Below, in pieces: positions 8,705 to 19,851 of a stretch of DNA of 64,000 bases. The position numbers and the translations under genes were made by a program. The stretch is taken from NCBI GenBank assembly GCA_902527605.1, contig CABZPQ010000007.1:3757-67756 (forward strand), in the 5' to 3' direction. The notes under the pieces are model-generated. The model did no database searches, was not told the origin of the DNA, and saw only the letters and a program-made list of their open reading frames with translations. Source of the DNA: an uncultured Pelagibacteraceae bacterium (GTDB taxonomy: Bacteria; Pseudomonadota; Alphaproteobacteria; Pelagibacterales; Pelagibacteraceae). Every line of letters starts with the position of its first letter. The first letter of the stretch is position 1.

Positions 8705-9726
8705 TGAAAAAAATTTTAGCATACATTTTTGTAATATCATTTTCATGTTTATTTTTAACTAATTTTGCAAATTCTCAATCTAGATTTGGTGAATTAACAG
8801 AAATGAGAGATAAAAAAATGCGTGGAAAAAATGGACAATGGGTTAGACCTCATCCAGGGCCTTTTATTTGGAATCATATAGAGAGTGAAAAAGGCAAATT
8901 TTTTTGGGAAGATGTTGATAAATACGTAATATATGCGCAGGAACAAAATCAAACAATTTTAGCAACTATATGGCCTCATACAAATTGGGACCAAAAATCC
9001 TGTAAAAGAAAAAAAGCCAGAAGTCCGTTTGGAAAACATTTTACAAAATATTTGAGCAAACCATGTTCAATGGAAGATTATAAAACTTTTCTTACAAAAT
9101 TGGTGGATAGGTATGATGGAGATGGTTCAAATGACATGCCTGGATTAACAAAACCAATTAAATATTGGGATGTGATGAATGAACCTGAGTTTGATATGTT
9201 TTTTAAAGGAAGCGAGGAAGATTTTGTTGAAATTTTTAATTTTTCTTCAAAAGTAATTAAAGAACAGCAACCAGATGCAGTTATTGTTATGGCTGGAGCC
9301 GCAGGAATGTTTCCAGAAAATAAAAAATATTGGAAGTCGGCTTTGCCAAAAATTAAGGATCACTTTGATATTGCAAACATTCACCATATAAGCGGTCCGG
9401 ATGGACAGTGTGATAAAGAGCTATGGGTAGATGAATTTGCTGATTTATTAAAAAGTGTTGGTGTTAATAAACCAATTTGGTTGACAGAGGCCATGACCTG
9501 TGGTCCTCCAATAAAAGCTTATGTAAATGCCTTCTTAAATGGAGCTGAATTAATTATTGATGTAGGTGTAAATGCTCCAGGAAAAAAAATGAGCAAAAAA
9601 AGTAGAAAAAAGTTAAATCAATTTATTACTGAATATGATGGCTTTACATCAATTAAATCTCTTTCAAATGAAGAAGTAGAATTTACTTATAAAGATGGTT
9701 CAACAAAAAATTTAAAATTAAAATAA
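8704..9726 (+). CDS. Exported clan GH-A glycoside hydrolase-like protein
   Basis: GTG start, signal peptide, WDVMNEP acid/base motif, PIWLTE nucleophile motif. Confidence 0.6.
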   Translation: MKKILAYIFVISFSCLFLTNFANSQSRFGELTEMRDKKMRGKNGQWVRPHPGPFIWNHIESEKGKFFWEDVDKYVIYAQEQNQTILATIWPHTNWDQKSCKRKKARSPFGKHFTKYLSKPCSMEDYKTFLTKLVDRYDGDGSNDMPGLTKPIKYWDVMNEPEFDMFFKGSEEDFVEIFNFSSKVIKEQQPDAVIVMAGAAGMFPENKKYWKSALPKIKDHFDIANIHHISGPDGQCDKELWVDEFADLLKSVGVNKPIWLTEAMTCGPPIKAYVNAFLNGAELIIDVGVNAPGKKMSKKSRKKLNQFITEYDGFTSIKSLSNEEVEFTYKDGSTKNLKLK

Positions 9727-9793
9727 AATATAAAGTAGATTGGCCTTGGTAGTTAAAAATTTAGGTTATCCTAAAAATCCTAAACCTCTTTAG

Positions 9794-11071
9794 TCAAGCT
9801 CTAATTGTTGGTAAACAATAGAAATCAGCTGTATCTATTTTTGAGTTATAATCCCTTTTCATACTCCAAGATTTTCTAACACCAGCACTTGCAAGACTTA
9901 ATGTCGACCTTCCATATCTATAATTCGTATTATCAATTGATCTCATTAATCTATTAATTCTCTCATCTTTTGCTGATGAAAATAAGTTTTCATTGTTTTC
10001 AGCGTCTGTTAATCCAGTTAACATCACTCCTGCTTTTTGATAACGATGCCCCTTCCTAAAGATTACTTTTAAGACAGATAAAGCATTTTTTACTATCTCT
10101 ATACTATTGTTAGTTGCTATAGGAAAATCAACAGTTCTGGAGTTTGAATAAAAACCAAATTGTTTTTGAAATGGACTTGTTCTAACAAATACCATAACTG
10201 CTTTTGCAACAAGGTTTTCAGATCTTATTTTCTCTGATGCATTTAAACAATAACTAGCAACGGCTTCTTCAAGTTCTTGGAATTTTTCTATTCTTTTTCC
10301 AAATGATCTTGATACTACACAGCTTTTTCTTTTCGATGCAGTTTTTTCTAAATCAATACAAGGTACACCTCTAAGCTCCATTGCTGTTCTTGAACTTAGA
10401 ACATTTGAGGATTTTTTAATCCAGGTGTTTGATTTATTTTTTAATTGTTTAGCATTATAAATTCCATTTTTTTGATAAAACTTTGTCATCTGTCTTCCAA
10501 CACCCCAAACGTCGTTAATATCAATTTTTTCAAGAATAGGATCGAGATTTTCTATTCCAATTAAACTTGTAACACCTGATTGTTTTTTCTTAGCTATATG
10601 ATTTGCAACTTTGCTTAAAGTTTTAGTTTTAGCTATTCCTATACTGGTTGGAATACCAGTCCATTTTAAAACTGTTTCTCTAATTTCTCTTCCAACTTGC
10701 TCTACTTCATTGTCAGAAAAATTTGATAAATCCATAAATGCTTCATCAATTGAATAAACTTCAATATCAGAGTTAAATCTTTTTAAAGTTCTCATTACTC
10801 TTCTAGATAAATCTCCATACAAAGAATAATTTGATGAGAATACTTGTACATCATTTTTTATAATAATATCTTTTGCTTTAAAGTAGGGCTCACCCATTTT
10901 AATTCCCAAAGCTTTTGCTTCAGTAGATCTTGAAACTATACAACCATCATTATTAGATAAAACTACAACAGGTTTTTTTCTTATTTTTGGATTAAATAAT
11001 CTTTCGCAAGAGACATAGAAAGAATTACAGTCAACTAGTGCTAATTTTTTAGTGTACTGAATGTATGACAT
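9794..11071 (-). CDS. umuC: Y-family DNA polymerase V catalytic subunit
   Basis: DCNSFYVSCE, LSNNDGC, YSIDEAF, DVWGVG, WSMKR tail. Confidence 0.93.
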   Translation of the reverse strand: MSYIQYTKKLALVDCNSFYVSCERLFNPKIRKKPVVVLSNNDGCIVSRSTEAKALGIKMGEPYFKAKDIIIKNDVQVFSSNYSLYGDLSRRVMRTLKRFNSDIEVYSIDEAFMDLSNFSDNEVEQVGREIRETVLKWTGIPTSIGIAKTKTLSKVANHIAKKKQSGVTSLIGIENLDPILEKIDINDVWGVGRQMTKFYQKNGIYNAKQLKNKSNTWIKKSSNVLSSRTAMELRGVPCIDLEKTASKRKSCVVSRSFGKRIEKFQELEEAVASYCLNASEKIRSENLVAKAVMVFVRTSPFQKQFGFYSNSRTVDFPIATNNSIEIVKNALSVLKVIFRKGHRYQKAGVMLTGLTDAENNENLFSSAKDERINRLMRSIDNTNYRYGRSTLSLASAGVRKSWSMKRDYNSKIDTADFYCLPTIRA

Positions 11072-11444
11072 AGGTGACTACTCCCCAAATAAAAATATCT
11101 TGTTCTTCATTAATTAAAATTCGATCAGAAAATTCTTTAGATCCTGACGTTAAAAATTGTTTGTCTTTTTCTTTAACTAAAGTTTTAACAACGAGTTCAT
11201 CGTGAACATTTGCTATGACAGTTGAAAAATTTTTTGGAGTTAAGCTTTTGTCTACAACTAATAAATCACCATCATTTATTCCAACATCCACCATTGATTT
11301 CCCTTGAACTCTTATTATGAAAGTTGCTGGAACATTTTTGATTAGATGTACGTTTAAATCTATATCTTCTTCTATGTAGTCAGTTGCAGGGGAAGGAAAA
11401 CCAGCTCCTGCTTTGTGTAAATAATAAGGTATTGTTAGCTTCAT
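11049..11444 (-). CDS. umuD: UmuD, S24 autopeptidase (start reassigned to ATG 11444)
   Basis: AGFPSPA cleavage site, GKSM serine, VVK lysine; the longer 11495 start would run through the promoter and LexA box. Confidence 0.9.
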   Translation of the reverse strand: MKLTIPYYLHKAGAGFPSPATDYIEEDIDLNVHLIKNVPATFIIRVQGKSMVDVGINDGDLLVVDKSLTPKNFSTVIANVHDELVVKTLVKEKDKQFLTSGSKEFSDRILINEEQDIFIWGVVTYVIHSVH

Positions 11445-11448
11445 AAGT

Positions 11449-11463
11449 GTTCTTGTTTTGTTC
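11449..11463 (-). promoter_or_regulatory. Alphaproteobacterial LexA (SOS) box of umuDC
   Basis: GTTC-TTGTTTT-GTTC, exact GTTC-N7-GTTC, 4 nt before the ATG; TTGACA -35 on the minus strand at 11490-11495. Confidence 0.85.
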
Positions 11464-11633
11464 TTATTAGTACATGAGTTATACAATAGTGTCAATTAGG
11501 TTGTATTTTGAGTCTGTAAGTGAATCAAAAGTGAATCAAAACGTGAACATCCAAAACTATATTTTGTGCTATTGTGGATAACTTAAACCATTAGTAGTCT
11601 AAGATCTAAATTTAATTATAAAAGGAGAAGGGT

Positions 11634-11984
11634 ATGAGTTCAATTGAAGTTAAAAGTTTTGATAATCCAGATGAAAGCAATACCAGTTTCAACAATGCCA
11701 AAATGGATATCGTAAAAGTGGGAGATCAAAGAGTAATGAGATTAGTTTTGCAGCCAGGATGGAAATGGTCACAAGATATTAAACCAACTGTAGGCACTGA
11801 TAGCTGTAAAGCAAAACATCTTGGAGTAATAGTTTCAGGAGCAGTTTGCGCCAAACATGATGATGGAACAGAATTAACATATAAAGCAGGCGACGCATAT
11901 TCAATTGACCCAGGTCATGACGGCTGGGTAGTTGGTGATAAGCCAGCAGTTGTTTATGAGTTTCATGGAAAATGGGGAGAATAA
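11634..11984 (+). CDS. Cupin domain protein
   Basis: PGWKWS, CKAKHLG, IDPGHDGWVVG; RBS AGGAG. Confidence 0.8.
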   Translation: MSSIEVKSFDNPDESNTSFNNAKMDIVKVGDQRVMRLVLQPGWKWSQDIKPTVGTDSCKAKHLGVIVSGAVCAKHDDGTELTYKAGDAYSIDPGHDGWVVGDKPAVVYEFHGKWGE

Positions 11985-11987
11985 TTA

Positions 11988-12353
11988 ATGCCTAAACTAA
12001 CATGTCATTGTGGATGTGTAGAAGCAGAAATTAATGTTCCAATCAATGAATTACCAAAAATTGTGAGATGTAACTGTTCTATATGTAAAAGAAAAAATGC
12101 AACAATGGGAATGGTAAAAAATGAAGATTTTAAAGTCACTAAGGGAGAAGATAAATTAAAGCTTTATCAGTACCATACAAAAGTTGCTAATCATTACTTT
12201 TGTGTTGAATGTGGAATTTACACACATCATAACCCAAGAAGTGCACCCACCATGACTGGTTTTAATTTAGGTTGTGTAGATGAAGTTAAAATCGACGATT
12301 TAAAAAATGTTGTTTTCTTTGATGGTTTAAACCATCCACTTGACCAAAAATAA
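11988..12353 (+). CDS. GFA/CENP-V family zinc protein
   Basis: CHCG, CNCSIC, FCVECG. Confidence 0.88.
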   Translation: MPKLTCHCGCVEAEINVPINELPKIVRCNCSICKRKNATMGMVKNEDFKVTKGEDKLKLYQYHTKVANHYFCVECGIYTHHNPRSAPTMTGFNLGCVDEVKIDDLKNVVFFDGLNHPLDQK

Positions 12354-12359
12354 AATTAA

Positions 12360-13286
12360 ATGAATTTAGTTGAGGATTGTTTAAATAAAGTAAAAAAAGA
12401 TTGTTATAAGTTTATAAAAACACAAGAAACATCTTCAGATAAATTTAAAAATAAAGACAAGATGTTAAAAGATTATCTTGTTCCAATGAGTTTTTGGATT
12501 GCAAAAAAAACAAATTTTAAGAAACCTTATATTGTTGGTTTAACAGGAGGACAAGGAACTGGAAAAACCACTATAAGTTCTATCTTAATGATAATTTTAA
12601 AAAAATATTTTAAGTTAAAAGTTTTCAAAATATCAATTGACGATATTTACAAAACAAAGAATGATAGAATAAAGTTATCTAAGAAAATTCATCCATTATT
12701 ATTAACAAGAGGTGTACCTGGAACTCATGATATAACTTATATGTCTAGTTTTATTAACAAAGCAAATTCTAGAAAATTTAGATCAATTATATTACCCAAG
12801 TTTGATAAGGCAATTGATGACAGATTTACAAAAAAAAATTGGTATAAAGTAAATAGCAGACCAGATGTAATCATTTTTGAAGGTTGGTGTGTAGGAGCAA
12901 GACCTGAAAGCTTAAAAACATTAAAAAAAAGTGTTAATACGATGGAAAAAAATGATGATAATAAATTAATCTGGAGAAAGCACGTTAATGACCAGCTAAA
13001 AAAAGGATACAAGAAACTTTATAGTAAACTCGATTGTTTGTTATTTTTGAGGGCAGAAAATTTTAGTTTATTACAAAAGTGGAGAGTTATTCAGGAAAAA
13101 AAACTTAAATTAAAAAATAAGAATAAAAAAACAAAACAAAAAATTATGACAAAAAAGGAAGTTTTAAACTTTATGCAAACTTACCAGAGAATTACACAAA
13201 ATATGTTTAAATATGCGCCAAAATACGCATCTATAGTCATTAAATTAAATTCTAATCATCAAATTAATTCTGTAAAGTACAACTAA
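12360..13286 (+). CDS. P-loop kinase, D-glycerate 3-kinase (GLYK)/uridine kinase-like
   Basis: GGQGTGKTT, SIDD, TRGVPGTHD, IFEGWCVG. Confidence 0.7.
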   Translation: MNLVEDCLNKVKKDCYKFIKTQETSSDKFKNKDKMLKDYLVPMSFWIAKKTNFKKPYIVGLTGGQGTGKTTISSILMIILKKYFKLKVFKISIDDIYKTKNDRIKLSKKIHPLLLTRGVPGTHDITYMSSFINKANSRKFRSIILPKFDKAIDDRFTKKNWYKVNSRPDVIIFEGWCVGARPESLKTLKKSVNTMEKNDDNKLIWRKHVNDQLKKGYKKLYSKLDCLLFLRAENFSLLQKWRVIQEKKLKLKNKNKKTKQKIMTKKEVLNFMQTYQRITQNMFKYAPKYASIVIKLNSNHQINSVKYN

Positions 13287-14578
13287 TGAAAAAAATATTA
13301 ATAATAATTGTTAGTTTCTTTTGCTTAACAGCTCAATCACTTGCTGTCACATTATATGAAGCATTAAATGAAACTTATAAAAGTAATAAACAATTAAATG
13401 CTGAGAGAGAAAATATAAAAGCATCAGAAGAAGATCTAAATATATCTAAAGCCGACTATATGCCTTCTTTGAGTTTAAGCGGCTCTAAAAGCCTAGAGGA
13501 AACGAATAAGTTAACAAATCAAAGCGGAGGCGATGCAGCTATTAGCGACTCTGATCCATTCACAACATCCATAAAATTAGAACAAACCTTATTGGATTTT
13601 GGAAGAGACCTTAATTATGAAAAGAATTTGATAGGTTTAGAACTTTCAAAAGCAAGATTATTTAAAAAAGAACAAGATGTTCTTTACAGTGCCATAGAAG
13701 CCTTTACATCTGTAATTTTATCAAGAGAAAAAGTTGCGATTAATAGACAAAATTTAAACTTACTTATTAAACAACTTGAAAATGATAAAGTTAGATTAGA
13801 TAGAGGACAAATAAAAACTGCGGATTTATCACAAACTGAATCTTCTCTTGCGGGAGCAAGCGCCCAACTAACTCAAGCAAGAAGCGAATTAATGATTAAT
13901 AAATTAAATTACGAAAATATTATTGGTAAACTTTTAAATACCAATGAATTAAAAAAGACAAACAGAGCAATTGTTGGAGTTCCAAGTGAACTTAGTACAG
14001 CAATCAATTTAGCAAGAGAGAACAACCCAGATATAATGATTGCTAAAATAGAATTAAATCAGTCAGAAATGGATATTGCTATTGCTGAAAGTGACCTAAA
14101 ACCTAGCGCATCTTTATCTTTAGAAAGATCATATGCTGAAGATTTTAGTTCAACTTATGACCAAAGAGAAAAGGATACACTTAAAGCAACAATTAGCTGG
14201 CCATTTTATTCAGGTGGAAGTAAACGTGCAAAAATAAACAAGAATACAAATCTAAAAACTAGAAAAATTTTATTATTTGAGGATGCAGTAAAAACAACTG
14301 AAAAAAATGTTGGAAGTGCTTGGTCAAATCTTGAAGCATCTAAAAGTTTTTTAAATTCTGTAAGATCTCAAGTTAGAGCAGCAAAAATTGCCAACGAAGG
14401 AATAGCGGCAGAATATGAAAGAGGTTCAAGAACAACGCTAGATGTTATTCAATCAAACTCTTTGTTGTTGGCTGCAAAAATTTCTCTAGCAGAATCTGAG
14501 CGAAATAATCTTATCGCCCAATATAATGTTCTAAAAGCTATTGGTTTATTGAATAGCGAATACCTAAAACTCAAGTAA
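13286..14578 (+). CDS. tolC: TolC family outer-membrane efflux protein
   Basis: Signal peptide, two OEP repeats, GSRTTLDV. Confidence 0.85.
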   Translation: MKKILIIIVSFFCLTAQSLAVTLYEALNETYKSNKQLNAERENIKASEEDLNISKADYMPSLSLSGSKSLEETNKLTNQSGGDAAISDSDPFTTSIKLEQTLLDFGRDLNYEKNLIGLELSKARLFKKEQDVLYSAIEAFTSVILSREKVAINRQNLNLLIKQLENDKVRLDRGQIKTADLSQTESSLAGASAQLTQARSELMINKLNYENIIGKLLNTNELKKTNRAIVGVPSELSTAINLARENNPDIMIAKIELNQSEMDIAIAESDLKPSASLSLERSYAEDFSSTYDQREKDTLKATISWPFYSGGSKRAKINKNTNLKTRKILLFEDAVKTTEKNVGSAWSNLEASKSFLNSVRSQVRAAKIANEGIAAEYERGSRTTLDVIQSNSLLLAAKISLAESERNNLIAQYNVLKAIGLLNSEYLKLK

Positions 14579-14620
14579 TTTAACGATTTTAAGCTATTTT
14601 GAGAAATATATTGCCAATGA

Positions 14621-14635
14621 GAACAAAATGTGTAC
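14621..14635 (+). promoter_or_regulatory. LexA box of recA
   Basis: GAAC-AAAATGT-GTAC (GAAC-N7-GTAC variant) just downstream of a TTGCCA -35 at 14611. Confidence 0.75.
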
Positions 14636-14685
14636 ATTTAAATTCATGATTCGAGTGTTAAAAAAAGCAAAAAAAGAGGCAAAAA

Positions 14686-15810
14686 ATGACTAAAAATAAC
14701 CTAAAAGTGGTGAAAACCGCAAAAGATAAAGAATTGGAAAACAAAGAGAAAAATAAAGCATTAGACGCAGCAATCAGCCAAATTACAGATAGCTTCGGAA
14801 AAGGCTCAGTAATGAAGCTTGGTGAGCAAAAAGCTATGGATGTTGAGTCTATCTCAACTGGATCTTTAAGCTTAGATCTTGCTTTAGGAATTGGTGGATT
14901 ACCAAAAGGAAGAATTATTGAAATTTACGGACCAGAGTCTTCAGGAAAAACTACTTTAGCATTACAAGTAGTTGCAGAAGCACAGAAGGCAGGTGGAATT
15001 TGTGGTTTTGTTGATGCAGAACATGCTTTAGACCCAGTGTATGCAAAGAAATTAGGTGTAAATACTGAAGAGTTACTAATTTCTCAACCAGACACAGGTG
15101 AACAAGCTTTAGAAATTACTGATACATTAATTAAATCTGGCTCAATGTCAGTTCTTGTTGTGGACTCAGTAGCTGCATTAACGCCAAGAGCTGAAATTGA
15201 AGGCGACATGGGTGATACCCATGTTGGTTTGCAAGCTAGATTGATGTCTCAAGCATTGAGAAAATTAACGGGCTCAATTTCACGAACTAATACAATGGTT
15301 ATTTTCATTAACCAAATTAGAATGAAAATTGGTGTTATGTTTGGAAGCCCAGAAACAACATCGGGTGGAAATTCTTTAAAATTCTACTCATCAGTTAGAA
15401 TGGACATTAGAAGAATTGGAGCAATCAAAGATAAAGATAATATCGTTGGTAACACAACAAGAGTTAAAGTTGTTAAAAACAAAGTTGCTCCACCGTTTAA
15501 AGTTGTTGAGTTTGACTTAATGTATGGAAAAGGAATTAGTAAAGTAGGGGAACTAATAGACCTAGGTGCCAAAGCAGATATCGTAGAGAAATCTGGAGCT
15601 TGGTACGCTTATAAAGGTGAAAAAATTGGTCAAGGTAGAGAAAATGCAAAACTTTACCTTGAACAAAATCCTAAAGCCGCTGCTGAAATTGAAATGGCAA
15701 TCAGAGAAAAAGCTGGTGTGATCTCAAAGAAAATTGAGGGAAATCCACTAAGCGAGGAAAAAGTAGAGGCTCAAAAAAAAGAAGAAGAAATTCCTACTAA
15801 AAAAAATTAG
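14686..15810 (+). CDS. recA: Recombinase RecA
   Basis: [35 protein letters not shown]. Confidence 0.99.
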   Translation: MTKNNLKVVKTAKDKELENKEKNKALDAAISQITDSFGKGSVMKLGEQKAMDVESISTGSLSLDLALGIGGLPKGRIIEIYGPESSGKTTLALQVVAEAQKAGGICGFVDAEHALDPVYAKKLGVNTEELLISQPDTGEQALEITDTLIKSGSMSVLVVDSVAALTPRAEIEGDMGDTHVGLQARLMSQALRKLTGSISRTNTMVIFINQIRMKIGVMFGSPETTSGGNSLKFYSSVRMDIRRIGAIKDKDNIVGNTTRVKVVKNKVAPPFKVVEFDLMYGKGISKVGELIDLGAKADIVEKSGAWYAYKGEKIGQGRENAKLYLEQNPKAAAEIEMAIREKAGVISKKIEGNPLSEEKVEAQKKEEEIPTKKN

Positions 15811-15829
15811 CAGATAACTTTTAGTTATT

Positions 15830-15858
15830 AAAAAGGCGCTCGAAAGGGCGCCTTTTTT
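15830..15858 (+). terminator. Intrinsic terminator after recA
   Basis: AAAAGGCGCTC-GAAA-GGGCGCCTTTTTT. Confidence 0.9.
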
Positions 15859-15907
15859 CCCTTCAGAGGTGTAGACATCAATAGAAAAAGCTGTATTTTA
15901 ACAAAAT

Positions 15908-18571
15908 ATGGCAAAAACATTAAACGAGATCAGATCAACTTTTCTAGATTATTTTGAAAAAAATGATCACAAGATAGTTGAGTCTAGCAATTTGGTTCCA
16001 AATAATGATCCAACATTAATGTTTGCAAATTCGGGAATGGTCCAATTTAAAAATGTTTTTACCGGATTAGAAAAAAGAGATTATCAAAGAGCTACTACTT
16101 CTCAAAAATGCGTAAGAGCAGGAGGTAAACATAACGATCTTGAAAACGTTGGCTACACTCCAAGGCACCATACATTTTTTGAAATGCTTGGAAATTTTTC
16201 TTTCGGAGATTACTTCAAGGAAAGGGGAATTGAACTTGCTTGGAATTTAATTACTAAGGATTTTGGATTAAATAAAGATAGATTATATGTAACAGTATTT
16301 CATGAAGACGATGAAGCCTTCAATTTTTGGAAGAAAATAGCGGGTTTTAGCGACGATAGAATTATTAGGATAGCAACTTCTGATAATTTTTGGTCAATGG
16401 GCGAAACGGGCCCTTGTGGACCTTGTTCAGAGATTTTTTATGATCATGGAGATCATTTAAAAGGTGGTTTACCTGGAACCAAAGATGAGGATGGCGATAG
16501 ATATATTGAGATATGGAATTTAGTCTTCATGCAATTTGAGCAAGTTTCAAAAGATAAAAGAATTAATCTTCCAAAACCTTCTGTAGATACTGGAATGGGT
16601 TTAGAAAGAATTGCAGCATTACTTCAGGGCACACATGATAATTACGAAACAGATCATTTTAAAAAATTAATTAGCTCGATTTCTGAATTTACAAAAGTTA
16701 AACAAGATGAAAATAATTTATCAAGCTTTAGAGTAATTGCAGATCACCTAAGAGCTAGCTCATTTCTTCTTGCAGAAGGAGTATTACCCTCAAATGAAGG
16801 TAGAGGTTATGTTCTTAGAAGAATAATGAGAAGAGGAATGAGACATTCTCATTTGCTAGGTTCTAAAGAACCAGTCTTTAATAAAATCTTTGATACATTG
16901 AAAGATGAAATGAAAGGAAATTATCCTGAATTAGAAAGATCAGAAACTTTAATTAAAGAAACATTAAAAATGGAAGAAGAAAAATTTTTAGTATTACTTG
17001 ATAGAGGAATAAAAATTTTGAATGATGAAATTTCAAAAATTAAAAAAGTTTTACCAGGTGAAGTAGCGTTTAAATTATATGATACTTATGGTTTCCCACT
17101 AGACTTAACTGAAGATATTTTAAAAAATAAATCTTTGACTGTTGATCAAAATAAATTTGATGAATTAATGAAAAAGAGCAAAGAACTTGCAAAACAAAAC
17201 TGGAAAGGTTCTGGAGATGCCTCTGAAGAAGAAATCTGGTTTGGTATAAAAGATAAAATAGGACCTACAGAGTTTCTTGGATATGAGTTTAACCAATCAG
17301 AAGGAGTGGTGTTATCAATAATTAAAAATAATAAAGAAGCACAAAAAATTTCAAATGGTGAGGAAGGGATAATTATTACTAATCAAACCCCTTTTTATGG
17401 AGAGTCTGGTGGACAAGTTGGAGATCAAGGAAAGTTAGTATCTGGTAATTCAGTCTTTGAGGTAGCAGATACTCAAAAAAAACTTGGAGATCTGTTTATA
17501 CATCATGGAATTCTAAAATCTGGTGAGATTAAGATTAAAGACGTTGTAGAAATGGAAATAGATATTGAAAGACGTAACAATCTTAAGGCGTATCATTCTG
17601 CAACTCATTTATTACATGAGTCTTTGAGAAGAACATTGGGAAAACACGTTATGCAAAAAGGATCTTTAGTTGCGCCTGATAGACTAAGATTTGATTTTAG
17701 TCATATGAAACCAATTACAGAGGACGAATTAACAATTATCGATAAATTAGTTAATGAATACATACAAAACAAAACTGATGTAACTACAAGAATTATGACA
17801 CCAAAAGCTGCCATTGAAAAAGGTGCTTTAGCTTTTTTTGGTGAAAAATATGGGGAAGAAGTGAGAGTAGTTTCTATGGGAGCAGAGAATAACTCATATT
17901 TTTCAACAGAATTATGTGGTGGAACTCATGTAAAAAATACTGGAGATATTGGAAAATTTAAAACTGTTAGCCAATCCTCAATAGCTGCCGGAGTTAGAAG
18001 GGTTGAAGCTTTAAGGGACAAACAACTCGAAATATATTTAAAAAATAAGGAAAAAATGTCAAACCTTTCTGCACAAAAGGATGAAGATAGTATTAAAGAG
18101 GTGTCTGCTCAAATTATTAAATTAGGTGGAAAACCAAATCTAGAAAATAAAGATACGAAAGGATTAATTAAAGACCTTAATAAACAATTAGAACAATTAA
18201 ATGTTCAATCAGTTTTAGGTGATAAAACAAAAAACATAATTAAAGATGAAAATATAAATGGCACTCAAGTTAGATTACAAAAAGTTCAAGATTTATCTCC
18301 AAAAGACCTAAGAAAACTTGTTGATGCAGGTAAAAAAGAATTGGGTGAAGGAATAGTGGTAGTATTTGCAAATAAGGATGAGAAAGTTGGTCTTGCTGTA
18401 GGTGTAACAGAAAATTTAACAAATAAATACGATGCAGTTAAATTTGCAAAACTAGGATCTGAAATTATTGGTGGAAAGGGCGGTGGAGGTCGTAAAGATT
18501 TTGCACAAGCTGGGGGTCAAGACTCAAATAAAATCGATGAAGCTTTAGAAAAACTAAAAAGCTTAATTTAA
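15908..18571 (+). CDS. alaS: Alanine--tRNA ligase
   Basis: [32 protein letters not shown] editing motif, GGKGGG. Confidence 0.99.
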   Translation: MAKTLNEIRSTFLDYFEKNDHKIVESSNLVPNNDPTLMFANSGMVQFKNVFTGLEKRDYQRATTSQKCVRAGGKHNDLENVGYTPRHHTFFEMLGNFSFGDYFKERGIELAWNLITKDFGLNKDRLYVTVFHEDDEAFNFWKKIAGFSDDRIIRIATSDNFWSMGETGPCGPCSEIFYDHGDHLKGGLPGTKDEDGDRYIEIWNLVFMQFEQVSKDKRINLPKPSVDTGMGLERIAALLQGTHDNYETDHFKKLISSISEFTKVKQDENNLSSFRVIADHLRASSFLLAEGVLPSNEGRGYVLRRIMRRGMRHSHLLGSKEPVFNKIFDTLKDEMKGNYPELERSETLIKETLKMEEEKFLVLLDRGIKILNDEISKIKKVLPGEVAFKLYDTYGFPLDLTEDILKNKSLTVDQNKFDELMKKSKELAKQNWKGSGDASEEEIWFGIKDKIGPTEFLGYEFNQSEGVVLSIIKNNKEAQKISNGEEGIIITNQTPFYGESGGQVGDQGKLVSGNSVFEVADTQKKLGDLFIHHGILKSGEIKIKDVVEMEIDIERRNNLKAYHSATHLLHESLRRTLGKHVMQKGSLVAPDRLRFDFSHMKPITEDELTIIDKLVNEYIQNKTDVTTRIMTPKAAIEKGALAFFGEKYGEEVRVVSMGAENNSYFSTELCGGTHVKNTGDIGKFKTVSQSSIAAGVRRVEALRDKQLEIYLKNKEKMSNLSAQKDEDSIKEVSAQIIKLGGKPNLENKDTKGLIKDLNKQLEQLNVQSVLGDKTKNIIKDENINGTQVRLQKVQDLSPKDLRKLVDAGKKELGEGIVVVFANKDEKVGLAVGVTENLTNKYDAVKFAKLGSEIIGGKGGGGRKDFAQAGGQDSNKIDEALEKLKSLI

Positions 18572-19777
18572 CTTTTGTTTTAAACTTCCATCAATTACAT
18601 CTAAAAACTGGTTAGTTGTTAAATATTTTGTAGAAGGACCAATAAGTATTGCCAAATCTTTGGTCATTGATCCTGATTCAACTGATTCAACACATACTTC
18701 TTCAAGTGTTTTGGCAAATTTAATTAATTCATCATTACTATCTAACTTTCCTCTGTGCGCCAAACCTCTTGTCCAAGCAAATATAGATGCAATTGGATTG
18801 GTTGATGTTTCTTTACCTTGCTGGTGCATTCTAAAATGTCTAGTTACAGTTCCATGAGCCGCTTCTGCTTCCATTGTTCTGCCATCAGGTGCTAATAAAA
18901 CACTTGTCATTAAACCTAAAGAACCATAACCTTGAGCAACTGTATCTGACTGAACATCACCATCGTAGTTTTTACAAGCCCATATATATTTACCGTGCCA
19001 CTTCATAGCACAAGCAACCATATCATCGATTAACCTATGTTCATAAGTTATGTTATTTTTTTCAAATTCTGATTTAAAATCTTTTTCAAAAACATTTTGA
19101 AATATATCTTTAAATCTACCGTCATATTTTTTTAGTATGGTATTCTTAGTTGATAAATATACAGGCCATTTTTTAATTAGACCGTAATTGAAACATGACC
19201 TTGCAAAGTCCTCAATTGATTTATCTAAATTATACATTGAAAGAGCAATACCAGGTCCTGGGAAATCAAATACTTCATATTTTTTTTCATCACTTCCATC
19301 TTCCGATGTCCACTTAACTTCTAATTTACCTTTTCCTGGAACTAAAAAATCTGTTGCTCTGTATTGATCACCAAAAGCATGCCTTCCAATAATTAATGGA
19401 TCTGTCCAAGATGGGACAAGTTTAGGAATATTTTTACAAATTATTGGCTCTCTAAATACAGTTCCTCCAATAATATTTCTTATTGTTCCATTTGGTGATC
19501 TCCACATTTTCTTTAATTTAAATTCTTCAACTCTCGCCTCGTCAGGAGTAATAGTTGCGCATTTGATACCTACTCCATTTTTTTTAATTGCATTAGCACA
19601 GTCGATTGTGATTTTGTCATCTGTATCATCCCTGCTTTTCATTCCTAGATCGTAATACTCGATGCCTAAATCTAAATAAGGTAGAATTAATTTGTTTTTG
19701 ATGAATTCCCAAATTACTCTTGTCATTTCATCGCCGTCTAGCTCGACAATGGGATTTTTTACCTTAATTTTGCTCAT
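18563..19777 (-). CDS. icd: NADP-dependent isocitrate dehydrogenase (start probably 19777)
   Basis: [40 protein letters not shown]. Confidence 0.97.
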   Translation of the reverse strand: MSKIKVKNPIVELDGDEMTRVIWEFIKNKLILPYLDLGIEYYDLGMKSRDDTDDKITIDCANAIKKNGVGIKCATITPDEARVEEFKLKKMWRSPNGTIRNIIGGTVFREPIICKNIPKLVPSWTDPLIIGRHAFGDQYRATDFLVPGKGKLEVKWTSEDGSDEKKYEVFDFPGPGIALSMYNLDKSIEDFARSCFNYGLIKKWPVYLSTKNTILKKYDGRFKDIFQNVFEKDFKSEFEKNNITYEHRLIDDMVACAMKWHGKYIWACKNYDGDVQSDTVAQGYGSLGLMTSVLLAPDGRTMEAEAAHGTVTRHFRMHQQGKETSTNPIASIFAWTRGLAHRGKLDSNDELIKFAKTLEEVCVESVESGSMTKDLAILIGPSTKYLTTNQFLDVIDGSLKQKLN

Positions 19778-19851
19778 TTTTTGATGTATCTTAATAATTG
19801 AATTTATACTTTTTATATACATATTAATCCAGAATTATCAATTGAACGATT

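Noticed and set aside
11445-11495. N-terminal extension of UmuD in the ORF track
   Set aside because: It spans the TTGACA -35 and the LexA box, so it is promoter DNA
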